Shown here: positions 47,437-55,975 of the stretch, one piece after another
Position numbering within the stretch: position 1 is the stretch's first letter
How the letters are laid out: the number at the start of each line of letters is the position of its first letter
NCBI GenBank assembly: GCA_036229005.1
Contig: JAZAMN010000007.1
Location: forward strand, 1 to 64,000
Length of the DNA stretch: 64,000 nucleotides
DNA from: Myxococcota bacterium
GTDB taxonomy: Bacteria > Myxococcota_A > UBA796 > CAJQPC01
Direction of reading: 5' to 3'
Translations under genes and position numbers: made by a program
The notes under the pieces: generated by a model
Seen by the model: only the letters and a program-made list of their open reading frames with translations
Told to the model about the DNA's origin: nothing
Databases searched by the model: none

Positions 47437-49478
47437 TGGGCGCGGCTTCGGGTCCCCCGCGCTCCGCTGGGGTCCTCGGACTGCTGCAGGCGGCCGCGAT
47501 GGGGGTCGCCGCCGCCTACCTCGGGGGCCGCTGGCTGCCCCTCGGTGTCCTCGCTGGCGCCGTGGGGGGCCTTCAGCTCTGGGGTGCGGTCCAGAGCTTC
47601 CGCGGTGAGGACTGCAAGTGGAGCCGCTGGGCGGCGATCGCCAACCTGGTCCTCGTCGCCCTCTGCTTCGGCCTGCACCTGCAGCTCGCGCTCCACATCG
47701 CCGACACCTTCACGCCAATCGGCGCCAAGACCGGCTGGGCCTTGCTGGGGGGTGCCGCCGGAGCGAGCCTGGGCGCGAGCCTCATCCCCACCATCCAGCT
47801 CTTCGTGTTCCGGGGACAGCCCCGCCGGGAGCAGCTCGGCGCGGTGGCGGCCTCGGCGCTGGTCCTCCTGTTGCCGCCGCTGGGCGCCCTGCCTCGGTTG
47901 ATCCCCCAGGCCGCGCCGGTGACGGTGGACGGTCAGGCCGCCGCGGAGTGGACCTTCGCGCGCTGGGAGGGTCAGGGCCCGCCCCCTTTTGACGACGCGA
48001 CCCCGGTCCAAGGGGTCGTCCAGTTCTGGTCCCAAGGAGAACTCCTGAGCAGTCAGCCCCTGGACGGGCCGCTCTCCGAGTCCCTTGGCGCGCTGAGCCT
48101 TCCGGAGCTGCCCTCGGGGGAGCGAGGGGTCGTGGTGGAGCTCTCCACTGCGTCCAGACCGCTCAGAACCCATCCCCTGCAGCGCACCGTGTGGCTGCTC
48201 GTGCCCGGCGGCGAGGCACTGCGTGGTCCAGAGGGCTGGGTTGGCAGCGTGCCACTCTGGCGCGAAGAGCACGTCCGTAGGCGCAAGGTCGACGACGCGC
48301 TGTGGATGCCGACGGTCTCCCCAAAGGCAGCCCCCGGGGCGACCGAGGCCCACCAGATGGCCGCCTGGATCGCCTCGTCCTCGGGCAGCGCGCCCCTCCA
48401 GCAGGGCTGGACCGCCCCCGAGCCGCTGACCCCCGACAACCTGCGGGCCTCCGCGGTGGCGGGCGCCCACATGCTGGCCGCGAACATGCGCCCGGACGGC
48501 CGCTACGCGTACATCGTCCGGGGGCCCTCCGGGGACTGGGGCAAGGGCTACAACTACCCGCGGCACGCCGGGACCACCTGGTTCTTGGCCCGGGTCTGGC
48601 AACGCACGGGCGACCCCACCGCCCGCGAGGCCGCCTTGGCTGGCGTGGCACACCTGAGCGATGTCAGCGTGCACCTGGACGACGGGCGGGCCTTCGTTTC
48701 GGACCCCGCCCGGAGCGACGGCAAGGCCTGGGTGGGCACGACGGCGCTGGCCTTGCTCGCGCTCACCACACTGGACGTCGAGCCCGAGCTGCAGCAGGCC
48801 TACGCGGACTTCATCAGCTCCGCGGTCACCGAGCAGGGCGTGGTCCAGGGAGACATCGGCGTCCAGGACGGGGTCTTCGCGCCCCAGCCCCAGGTGACCT
48901 ACGCACAGGGGCAGGGCCTGCTGGCCCTCGCCGCCGCAGAGCGCGCCGGTCTGGAGGGGGTCAGCGAGCCGCTGGACCGCGCCATCGCCTACGTCGACGG
49001 CGACTACTGGCCCATGCCGGCCGCCCGGATGGGGACCCTGGACGAGCACTGGATGTGCCTGGCCATGATCGCCACCCACCAGCAGCGCGGGGTCGCCGCC
49101 GGCGAGGCCGTCTGTGACGCCTACCTCCAGCACGTCGCCTGGCAGGCCCCCGTTCCCGGGTCCCCCACCCAGCCCGCCTCGGGCCCCGCAGCGGGCCTCG
49201 CGGAGGCCGTCATCGCCCGCGCAGAACTCGACCGTCGTCGGGGTGTCCCCGGCCCGATGGAGCAGCGCGGCCTGGAGTACGCCGCGAGCATGCTAGCCAG
49301 CCAGTACCGACCCACAGACGCCCCCTTCCTGGGGCACCCCGAGCGCCTGCTGGGCGGCTACCGGAACACGCCCTGGGATGGCGACGTGCAGATCGACGCG
49401 GTCCAACACATCGGCTGCGCGCTGCTGGGGGCCGAGCAGCTCCTCGCTGGCGCCCCCCTGCCTGGCGGCATGCCCTGA
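47436..49478 (+). CDS. Membrane protein with a C-terminal six-hairpin (alpha/alpha) glycosidase-like domain, 680 aa
   Basis: About five N-terminal TMs; DGRYAY, YNYPRHAG, QIDAVQH motifs; TGATG overlap. Confidence 0.6.
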   Translation: MGAASGPPRSAGVLGLLQAAAMGVAAAYLGGRWLPLGVLAGAVGGLQLWGAVQSFRGEDCKWSRWAAIANLVLVALCFGLHLQLALHIADTFTPIGAKTGWALLGGAAGASLGASLIPTIQLFVFRGQPRREQLGAVAASALVLLLPPLGALPRLIPQAAPVTVDGQAAAEWTFARWEGQGPPPFDDATPVQGVVQFWSQGELLSSQPLDGPLSESLGALSLPELPSGERGVVVELSTASRPLRTHPLQRTVWLLVPGGEALRGPEGWVGSVPLWREEHVRRRKVDDALWMPTVSPKAAPGATEAHQMAAWIASSSGSAPLQQGWTAPEPLTPDNLRASAVAGAHMLAANMRPDGRYAYIVRGPSGDWGKGYNYPRHAGTTWFLARVWQRTGDPTAREAALAGVAHLSDVSVHLDDGRAFVSDPARSDGKAWVGTTALALLALTTLDVEPELQQAYADFISSAVTEQGVVQGDIGVQDGVFAPQPQVTYAQGQGLLALAAAERAGLEGVSEPLDRAIAYVDGDYWPMPAARMGTLDEHWMCLAMIATHQQRGVAAGEAVCDAYLQHVAWQAPVPGSPTQPASGPAAGLAEAVIARAELDRRRGVPGPMEQRGLEYAASMLASQYRPTDAPFLGHPERLLGGYRNTPWDGDVQIDAVQHIGCALLGAEQLLAGAPLPGGMP

Positions 49479-49611
49479 GCCCACCCCGGGGGAGGGCTGG
49501 GACACTTTTGTCGCAGCCCCCTTGTCCCACTCGGGATCCCGGTGTCCCGGCCGAGAAGCCCCAGCCGATCAGGGATCGCGACGAGATGGGCACCCCCGAT
49601 TCCCGCTTGCC

Positions 49612-49627
49612 TGGCACGGGGATTGCT
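49612..49627 (+). promoter_or_regulatory. Sigma54 (-24/-12) promoter
   Basis: TGGCACG-GGGA-TTGCT, an exact TGGCACG-N4-TTGCW match, 35 nt before ATG 49663. Confidence 0.8.
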
Positions 49628-49662
49628 ATAGACTCAGACATCGCCCCCGAGGAGTGTCTCCC

Positions 49663-51774
49663 ATGACCCGTGCAACCCCTGTCATCGCCCTTCTGGCCCT
49701 GGCTGCCTGCCAGACCAACACCAACGGCCCCGCGAACGCGGAAGACCCCATCGGCCGCATCTCCGGTCACGTGGTGGACGTTGATGGGACGGCGCTCGAG
49801 GGCGTCACCGTCACGGTCGGGGACCTGAGCGTCGACACCGACGCCAACGGCTTCTACATGCTCGAGGGCGTCTCCCCCGCCGCCGAGATGGTCGTCGCCT
49901 TCAGCGAGCAGGGCTTCGCCCGGAACTACAAGAAGGCCTCCCTCTATAGCTGGGAGACCGTGGGCGTCGACGCCACCCTGACCCCCGTGGACGGCGTGGG
50001 CTTCTTCAACGCCCTCGAGGGCGGCGTGGTCTCCACCGACGCAATCCGCGTCGAGTTCGACCCGGGCACCATCGTGGACGAGTTCGGCCAGGCCTACACC
50101 GGGCAGGTCATGGTCGAGATGACCTACCTCGACCCCTCCACCGATGACATGAAGTACGCCCCCGGCGACCTTACCGCCCTGGCCTTCAACCGGAGCAACC
50201 CCGGCGCCAAGGACGTGAGCGAGCCCGCACAGCTCATCTCCTACGGCATGGCTGACATCACCCTGACCGACGGTGAGGGTGGCGACCTGAACATCGCGGA
50301 GGGCTCCACCGCTGGCGTCGACTTCGTCATCCAGAACAAGGATCTGGACGGCAACCCCATGCCCGACGTCTACCGCATGGGCGCTGGCGACACCCAGCAG
50401 ACCTGGTCCTTCGACACCGCTCGGGGCATCTGGGTCGAGGAGGGTGAGGGCACCGTCTACAACGAGGTCGAGGACATCACCGAGGAGCAGCCCGTCTTCG
50501 AGGAGGTCGACCTCATCGACGAGGATCCCGAGTCCGAGACCTACGGCGAGGTGATCGGCACCGAGACCGTCCAGACCGGCACCGAGACCGTGGTCGTGGG
50601 CCAGCGCGAGACCGGCCGCATGCGCTTCGAGTTCGAGGCCAGCCACTTCTCCTGGTGGAACTGTGACGACGGCTTCGTCCCCTCCTGCGTCACCGGCCAG
50701 ATCACCGACATGCTCGGCTTCCCCGTCCGCAGCGCCTTCGTCGAGGTCCGCGGCGCCCAGTCCTCCTCCTCCGTCTACACCGACGAAGAGGGCTACTACG
50801 TCGCCAGCGCCATGGTCGGTGACACCGTGACCGTGACCGCCACCACCACCGTCGGCGGCCGCAACTGGAGCAGTTCCGCTGGGAGCGTGTTCCTCTACGG
50901 CTACGGCTCCAGCGCCGCGGACTGCCAGCCCATCGAGACCCCCGAGATCGAGGTCTGCCGCGAGTCCGGCATCGTCATGGCCGACAACCTGACCGTCGAG
51001 GGCTCCACCCTGGACGGCGTCGACGCCGACAACCTGCGGGCCTGGTTCTGGGAGCCCACCGGCGAGCCCGAGAACTGCATCGACCCCTGGGAGACCCTGG
51101 ACGAGGATAGCTGCTACGTCGGCACCCCCGACTCCTACGGTGACCGCTTCGCCAAGAACCTCGAGGTCGGCATCCACGGCAACTCCAACGGCACCAAGAC
51201 CGTCGGCAACTACCTGGAGCTCCGCACCGCCCGCGATGTCTACCGCATCGACCAGGGTGACCTGGTCACCACCGACGGCGACACCGTTCCCGGCTACGTC
51301 TACGACACCGTGAGCGTGACCGAGGGCAGCATGGAGATCACCGAGAACTCCGTCGACCTGCGCGAGGGTGACGTCATCCGCGCCCAGGCCCCCGGCAGCA
51401 CCAACGACTACTTCGGCCCCATCGTGAACGAGGAGTGGATGACCATCCCCTCCCCCGTCGCGGTCAACAACGTCAGCGGCGCCCTCGGCACCGTCAACCG
51501 CACCGGCGGCCTGGACATCGAGTTCACCGGCAAGAACAACCCCGACGCAGTGGTGGTCCTCGTGACCCAGGGCGGCGAGGACAACGGCCTGCTGTGCAAG
51601 TACGCCGACGACGGCTCCCTCGAGGTCTCCCCCACCGACCTCGGCCAGCTCACCCCCGGCTGGACCAGCGTCAGCGTCTACCGCCCCGACTTCGCCTGGA
51701 CCGCGGGCCCCGATGGCATGCCCATCCGCCTCCAGTCCATGAGCGGTGTCATCCTCGAGGCCGACCTCCACTAG
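49663..51774 (+). CDS. Large acidic lipoprotein with carboxypeptidase-regulatory-like beta-sandwich domains, 703 aa
   Basis: GAGGAG SD, lipobox LAAC; ISGHVVD.DG..L.G.TV...TD.NG.Y; HFSWWNCD. Confidence 0.85.
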   Translation: MTRATPVIALLALAACQTNTNGPANAEDPIGRISGHVVDVDGTALEGVTVTVGDLSVDTDANGFYMLEGVSPAAEMVVAFSEQGFARNYKKASLYSWETVGVDATLTPVDGVGFFNALEGGVVSTDAIRVEFDPGTIVDEFGQAYTGQVMVEMTYLDPSTDDMKYAPGDLTALAFNRSNPGAKDVSEPAQLISYGMADITLTDGEGGDLNIAEGSTAGVDFVIQNKDLDGNPMPDVYRMGAGDTQQTWSFDTARGIWVEEGEGTVYNEVEDITEEQPVFEEVDLIDEDPESETYGEVIGTETVQTGTETVVVGQRETGRMRFEFEASHFSWWNCDDGFVPSCVTGQITDMLGFPVRSAFVEVRGAQSSSSVYTDEEGYYVASAMVGDTVTVTATTTVGGRNWSSSAGSVFLYGYGSSAADCQPIETPEIEVCRESGIVMADNLTVEGSTLDGVDADNLRAWFWEPTGEPENCIDPWETLDEDSCYVGTPDSYGDRFAKNLEVGIHGNSNGTKTVGNYLELRTARDVYRIDQGDLVTTDGDTVPGYVYDTVSVTEGSMEITENSVDLREGDVIRAQAPGSTNDYFGPIVNEEWMTIPSPVAVNNVSGALGTVNRTGGLDIEFTGKNNPDAVVVLVTQGGEDNGLLCKYADDGSLEVSPTDLGQLTPGWTSVSVYRPDFAWTAGPDGMPIRLQSMSGVILEADLH

Positions 51775-51795
51775 GCCTTTGTCTCCGGACACAAG

Positions 51796-51833
51796 AGAGG
51801 GTCGGCCTTCGGGTCGGCCCTCTTTGGCTCTGG
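51796..51833 (+). terminator. Intrinsic terminator-like hairpin
   Basis: AGAGGGTCGGCC-TTCG-GGTCGGCCCTCT then TTGGCTCTGG. Confidence 0.75.
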
Positions 51834-51880
51834 GGGGCCCCCGAGGCTGTACCCGCCAGCCCACGCCAGGATGACCTCGG

Positions 51881-52321
51881 CTAGGCGTTCAGTCCCGACC
51901 AGTCCCCGTGATCCAGCCAGGACCGGAGGATGACCACGGCGGCTGCCTGATCAATGACCTCCTTCCTCCTGGACCGGGACAGATCGTGCTCAAGCAGCAC
52001 GCGCTCCGCCTCCACGGAAGAGTAGCGCTCGTCGATGTAGATGGGCTCCAGGCCGAGCAGCTCCCCCAGGTGATCGCCCACCTGACGGGCCAGACGCGCC
52101 GAGCGGTCCTCGCTGCCGTCCAGCTCCAGGGGGAGACCGACGATCAGGTGCCTGGCCTCCTCGTCCTCGGCGATCCGCTTGAGCAGCGCGCAGTCCTTCT
52201 TCACCCCCTGCCGCTTGACCGTGGTGACGGCGTTGGCCGTGATCCCCAGCGCGTCGGACACCGCAACACCGATGGTCTTGGTCCCCACGTCCAGGGCGAT
52301 GGCGCGACCTCGGACTTGCAT
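51881..52321 (-). CDS. ruvX: YqgF/RuvX family nuclease, 146 aa
   Basis: ALDVGTKTIGVAVSD, VGLP, DERYSS, IDQAAA..IL. Confidence 0.93.
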   Translation of the reverse strand: MQVRGRAIALDVGTKTIGVAVSDALGITANAVTTVKRQGVKKDCALLKRIAEDEEARHLIVGLPLELDGSEDRSARLARQVGDHLGELLGLEPIYIDERYSSVEAERVLLEHDLSRSRRKEVIDQAAAVVILRSWLDHGDWSGLNA

Positions 52322-52340
52322 CAGCGAACTCCGTGCATTA

Positions 52341-52357
52341 CTGTACAGTTGTTCAGG
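52341..52357 (+). promoter_or_regulatory. Putative LexA (SOS) box, Myxococcus type
   Basis: CTGTACAGTTGTTCAGG matches 16/17 positions of the M. xanthus consensus CTRHAMRYBYGTTCAGS (recalled from memory); lies upstream of cinA-recA. Confidence 0.7.
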
Positions 52358-52408
52358 CGCGGACAGTCCGGCCTCTCGCCCTCGCTGCATATCCAAGCTG
52401 GAGTGGAC

Positions 52409-53647
52409 ATGACACGCAAGCGCGCAGTGCTGCTCTCCCAAGGGGACGAGGTCATCACCGGGCAGACCCTGGACCGCAACGCCCACTGGCTCAGCGAGAA
52501 GCTCACGGAGCTGGGCTTTGACGTCGTGCAGCGCCTGACCGTCGGGGATCGCCTCGCGGACCTCAAGTGGGCCCTGGATCACGGCTGTGAACAGGCGGAC
52601 CTGCTGATCAGCACGGGCGGGCTCGGCCCCACGCAGGACGACCTCACCCTCCAGGCCGTCTCCGAGCTCAGCGGAGACCCCTTGGTGCTGCACAGCGCCA
52701 CCCTGGAGCACATCCAGGCCCTCTACCGGCGCCTGGGCCGCGAGATGCCGGACACCAACCGCAAGCAGGCCGTGCTCCCCTCCCGCGCCCAGGTCCTCCA
52801 GAACGACTGGGGCACAGCGCCCGGCATTCAGGTCCAGCACAAGGGCTGTCAGGCCTTCTTCGTCCCCGGGGTCCCGCGGGAGATGCGCAAGCTCTGGGAG
52901 CACCGCATCCTCCCCGTGCTGATCCGGGACTTCGAGCTCAGCCCCGAGCGCTTGCTGGTCTTCCGCTGCATGGGCGTGGGGGAGTCCCGCCTGGCCGAGC
53001 TGCTGGCCCCCTTGGCGTCCCGAGAGGGGGTGGTCCTGGGGTTCAGGACCATGGTGCCCGAGAACCAGGTCAAACTTCGCCTGGACCCTGGCCTCCCCCA
53101 GTCCGCACAGGATCAGCTCCAAGACGAGGTCATGCGTCTGCTGGGCAAGGTCTGCTTCGGGGTCAACTGCGGCCCCCTCCCCCAGGTGATCGGTGAGCTG
53201 CTCGCCGAGCGCGGCCAGACCCTGGCGACCGCGGAGTCCTGCACAGGCGGGCGCGTGTCCGCTCAGCTCACCGGGGTGCCGGGCGCGTCGCGCTACTTCC
53301 TGCAGGGGGTCTGCGCCTACGCCAACCAGGCCAAGACCCGGCTCTGTGGTGTCCCCGAGTCCACGCTCCAGGAGCACGGCGCGGTCTCCAAGCCTGTGGC
53401 CATCGCCCTGGCCGAGGGCATCCGAGACGCCGCTGGCAGCGACTACGGTCTCTCCACGACCGGCATCGCCGGGCCCGGTGGTGGCACCCCCGACAAGCCC
53501 GTCGGCACGGTCCACATCGCCTGCGCGACGCCCCGGACCACCCACCACCTGCAGCTCAAGCTGCATGGGGACCGGGAGCGCATCGTGTCCCTCTCGGTGG
53601 GGGCCGTGCTGGACATGCTGCGGCGTGATCTCCAAGGCCTGATCTGA
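52409..53647 (+). CDS. cinA: CinA (MoCF-like domain + PncC NMN deamidase), 412 aa
   Basis: GDE...G...D.N, GGLGPT.DD.T, PGVP.EM, AESCTGG, TGIAGPGGG...KPVG. Confidence 0.95.
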   Translation: MTRKRAVLLSQGDEVITGQTLDRNAHWLSEKLTELGFDVVQRLTVGDRLADLKWALDHGCEQADLLISTGGLGPTQDDLTLQAVSELSGDPLVLHSATLEHIQALYRRLGREMPDTNRKQAVLPSRAQVLQNDWGTAPGIQVQHKGCQAFFVPGVPREMRKLWEHRILPVLIRDFELSPERLLVFRCMGVGESRLAELLAPLASREGVVLGFRTMVPENQVKLRLDPGLPQSAQDQLQDEVMRLLGKVCFGVNCGPLPQVIGELLAERGQTLATAESCTGGRVSAQLTGVPGASRYFLQGVCAYANQAKTRLCGVPESTLQEHGAVSKPVAIALAEGIRDAAGSDYGLSTTGIAGPGGGTPDKPVGTVHIACATPRTTHHLQLKLHGDRERIVSLSVGAVLDMLRRDLQGLI

Positions 53648-53743
53648 GCCATTTCTGAAGGGGCGGACAATTTTTGGTCCCCCACCGCACTACCTTCCAA
53701 ACATCGAAACCGACCCCACCTCCTCTTCCCTCCGGAGTCCCCA

Positions 53744-54781
53744 ATGCCCCTCGACAAGAACCGCGCCCAGGCCATCGACGCTGCCATCTCCTCCATCGAG
53801 CGTCAGTTCGGGAAGGGCTCCATCATGCGCCTGGGGGAGGCTGAGACCCCCAAGCTGCAGGCCATCTCCACCGGCTCCATCGGCCTGGACGTCGCCCTGG
53901 GCGTCGGCGGTGTCCCCAAGGGGCGCGTGGTCGAGATCTACGGCCCTGAGTCCAGCGGCAAGACCACCCTGGCCCTCCACCTCATCGCAGAGGCGCAGCG
54001 CAGCGGCGGCGTGGCCGCCTTCATCGACGCGGAGCACGCCCTGGACGTGAACTACGCCGCTGCCCTGGGCGTCAAGGTCGACGAGCTGCTCATCTCCCAG
54101 CCCGACTTCGGCGAGCAGGCCCTGGAGATCGCCGAGACCCTGGTCCGCTCCGGCGCCCTGTCCATCGTGGTCGTCGACTCCGTCGCGGCCCTGGTGCCCA
54201 AGGCCGAGCTCGAGGGCGACATGGGTGACTCCCTGCCCGGCCTCCAGGCCCGCCTGATGTCCCAGGCCCTGCGCAAGCTCACCGGCGCCATCCACAAGTC
54301 CGACACCGTGATGCTCTTCATCAACCAGGTCCGCATGAAGATCGGCGTGATGTTCGGCAACCCCGAGGTCACCTCCGGCGGCAACGCCCTCAAGTTCTAC
54401 TCCTCCGTGCGCATGGACATCCGCCGCATCGGCAGCATCAAGAAGGGGGACGAGGTCCTGGGCAACCGCACCCGGGTCAAGGTCGTCAAGAACAAGGTCG
54501 CCCCGCCCTTCCGCACCGTGGAGTTCGACATCCTCTACGGCGAGGGCATCTCCCTGGCCGGAGAGCTGCTGGACTTCGGGCAGGACCTGGGCCTCGTCCG
54601 CAAGTCGGGCTCCTGGTACTCCATGGGGGATGAGCGCATCGGGCAGGGGCGCGAGAACGCCCGCCTCTGGCTGCTCCAGAACCCCGAGGCCATGTCCCTG
54701 ATCCGCAACAAGGCGCTGGAGGCCAATGGTCTTCAGCCCCTTGAGGATGCCGGCGACGGCAAGCCCAAGGCTGAGGCCTGA
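53744..54781 (+). CDS. recA: Recombinase RecA, 345 aa
   Basis: [44 protein letters not shown]. Confidence 0.99.
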   Translation: MPLDKNRAQAIDAAISSIERQFGKGSIMRLGEAETPKLQAISTGSIGLDVALGVGGVPKGRVVEIYGPESSGKTTLALHLIAEAQRSGGVAAFIDAEHALDVNYAAALGVKVDELLISQPDFGEQALEIAETLVRSGALSIVVVDSVAALVPKAELEGDMGDSLPGLQARLMSQALRKLTGAIHKSDTVMLFINQVRMKIGVMFGNPEVTSGGNALKFYSSVRMDIRRIGSIKKGDEVLGNRTRVKVVKNKVAPPFRTVEFDILYGEGISLAGELLDFGQDLGLVRKSGSWYSMGDERIGQGRENARLWLLQNPEAMSLIRNKALEANGLQPLEDAGDGKPKAEA

Positions 54782-54836
54782 GACCTGGAGAGCTCCGGCT
54801 CGGGGGGTGTAGGATCCCCCAAGCTGGAGCTCCCGG

Positions 54837-55949
54837 ATGGACATCGCCCGCGTCTGCAACGCCGCCCTCAGCAGCGGCGCCTCCGACATCCACATCAAGG
54901 TGGGGCAGCCCCCTCTGTTCCGCGTGGATGGACGGATCACCCGGCCCTCCGGGGCCCCCGAGCTGAGCGCCGAAGACGTCGGCAAGATGGCCTGGCAGCT
55001 CATGAGCCCCGCCCAGCGGGAGGAGTTCAAGGTGTCCCCGGACATCGACACCTCCTACCAGGCTCGGGGCGGGCGTTTTCGGGTCAACATCTACCGGGCC
55101 CGAGGCCAGATCGGGATGGCGCTCCGGGCCATACCCGCTCAGGTCAAGACCGTGGCCCAGCTCGGGCTCCCCCGGGTGCTCCAGACCATGGCCGAGAAGC
55201 AGAACGGCCTGCTGCTCGTCACCGGCGCCACGGGCTCTGGAAAGAGCACCACCTTGGCGGCCATGGTGGAGCACATCAACCGCACCCGGCCCTGCCACAT
55301 CCTCACCATCGAGGATCCCATCGAGTTCACCTACAAGCCGCGAAAGGCGGTGCTCACCCAGCGGGAGGTGGGGACGGACTCGGCCAGCTTCTCCCGCGCG
55401 CTCCGCGGCGCCCTCCGCCAGGACCCTGACGTCATCCTGCTGGGAGAGCTCCGGGACCAGGAGACCATGGAGATCGCCCTCTCCGCCGCGGAGACCGGCC
55501 ATCTGGTGCTCAGCACCCTCCACACGGTGAACGCCGCGGAGGCCATCGAGCGCATCGTCGGCTTCTTCGAGCCCCACCACCAGGCCCAGATCCGGCGGAT
55601 CGTGGCGGGCGTGCTGGTGGGAATCGTCAGCCAGCGGTTGCTCCCCCGCAAGGGCAAGGGTCGCCTCGCTGCGGTGGAGATCCTCCGCAACGTCGGCGCG
55701 ATCAACGAGTGCATCGGGGACGCCGCCCGGGTGCGTGAGCTGCCCGACCTCATCGTCAAGGGCAGCGCCCAGTACGCCACCCAGAGCTTCGATCAGTCGA
55801 TCTTCTGGGCCTACCAGCGGGGCCAGATTGAGCTGGACCAGGCCCTCCGCTACGCCCACAACCCGGATGAGCTTCAGCTCCGCTTGCAAGGCATGGCATC
55901 CACCGAGTGGATCGAGCCGGACCTTGCCACCAGCGACAGCGGGGCATAG
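54837..55949 (+). CDS. pilT: PilT/PilU-family type IV pilus retraction ATPase, 370 aa
   Basis: ASDIH, GATGSGKST, TIEDPIE, QREVG.D, LRQDPD, GHLVLSTLH; the AIRNLIRE motif has diverged to AINECIGD. Confidence 0.85.
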   Translation: MDIARVCNAALSSGASDIHIKVGQPPLFRVDGRITRPSGAPELSAEDVGKMAWQLMSPAQREEFKVSPDIDTSYQARGGRFRVNIYRARGQIGMALRAIPAQVKTVAQLGLPRVLQTMAEKQNGLLLVTGATGSGKSTTLAAMVEHINRTRPCHILTIEDPIEFTYKPRKAVLTQREVGTDSASFSRALRGALRQDPDVILLGELRDQETMEIALSAAETGHLVLSTLHTVNAAEAIERIVGFFEPHHQAQIRRIVAGVLVGIVSQRLLPRKGKGRLAAVEILRNVGAINECIGDAARVRELPDLIVKGSAQYATQSFDQSIFWAYQRGQIELDQALRYAHNPDELQLRLQGMASTEWIEPDLATSDSGA

Positions 55950-55975
55950 CTGACAGCGCCTGCGTGGAGCCGCCC

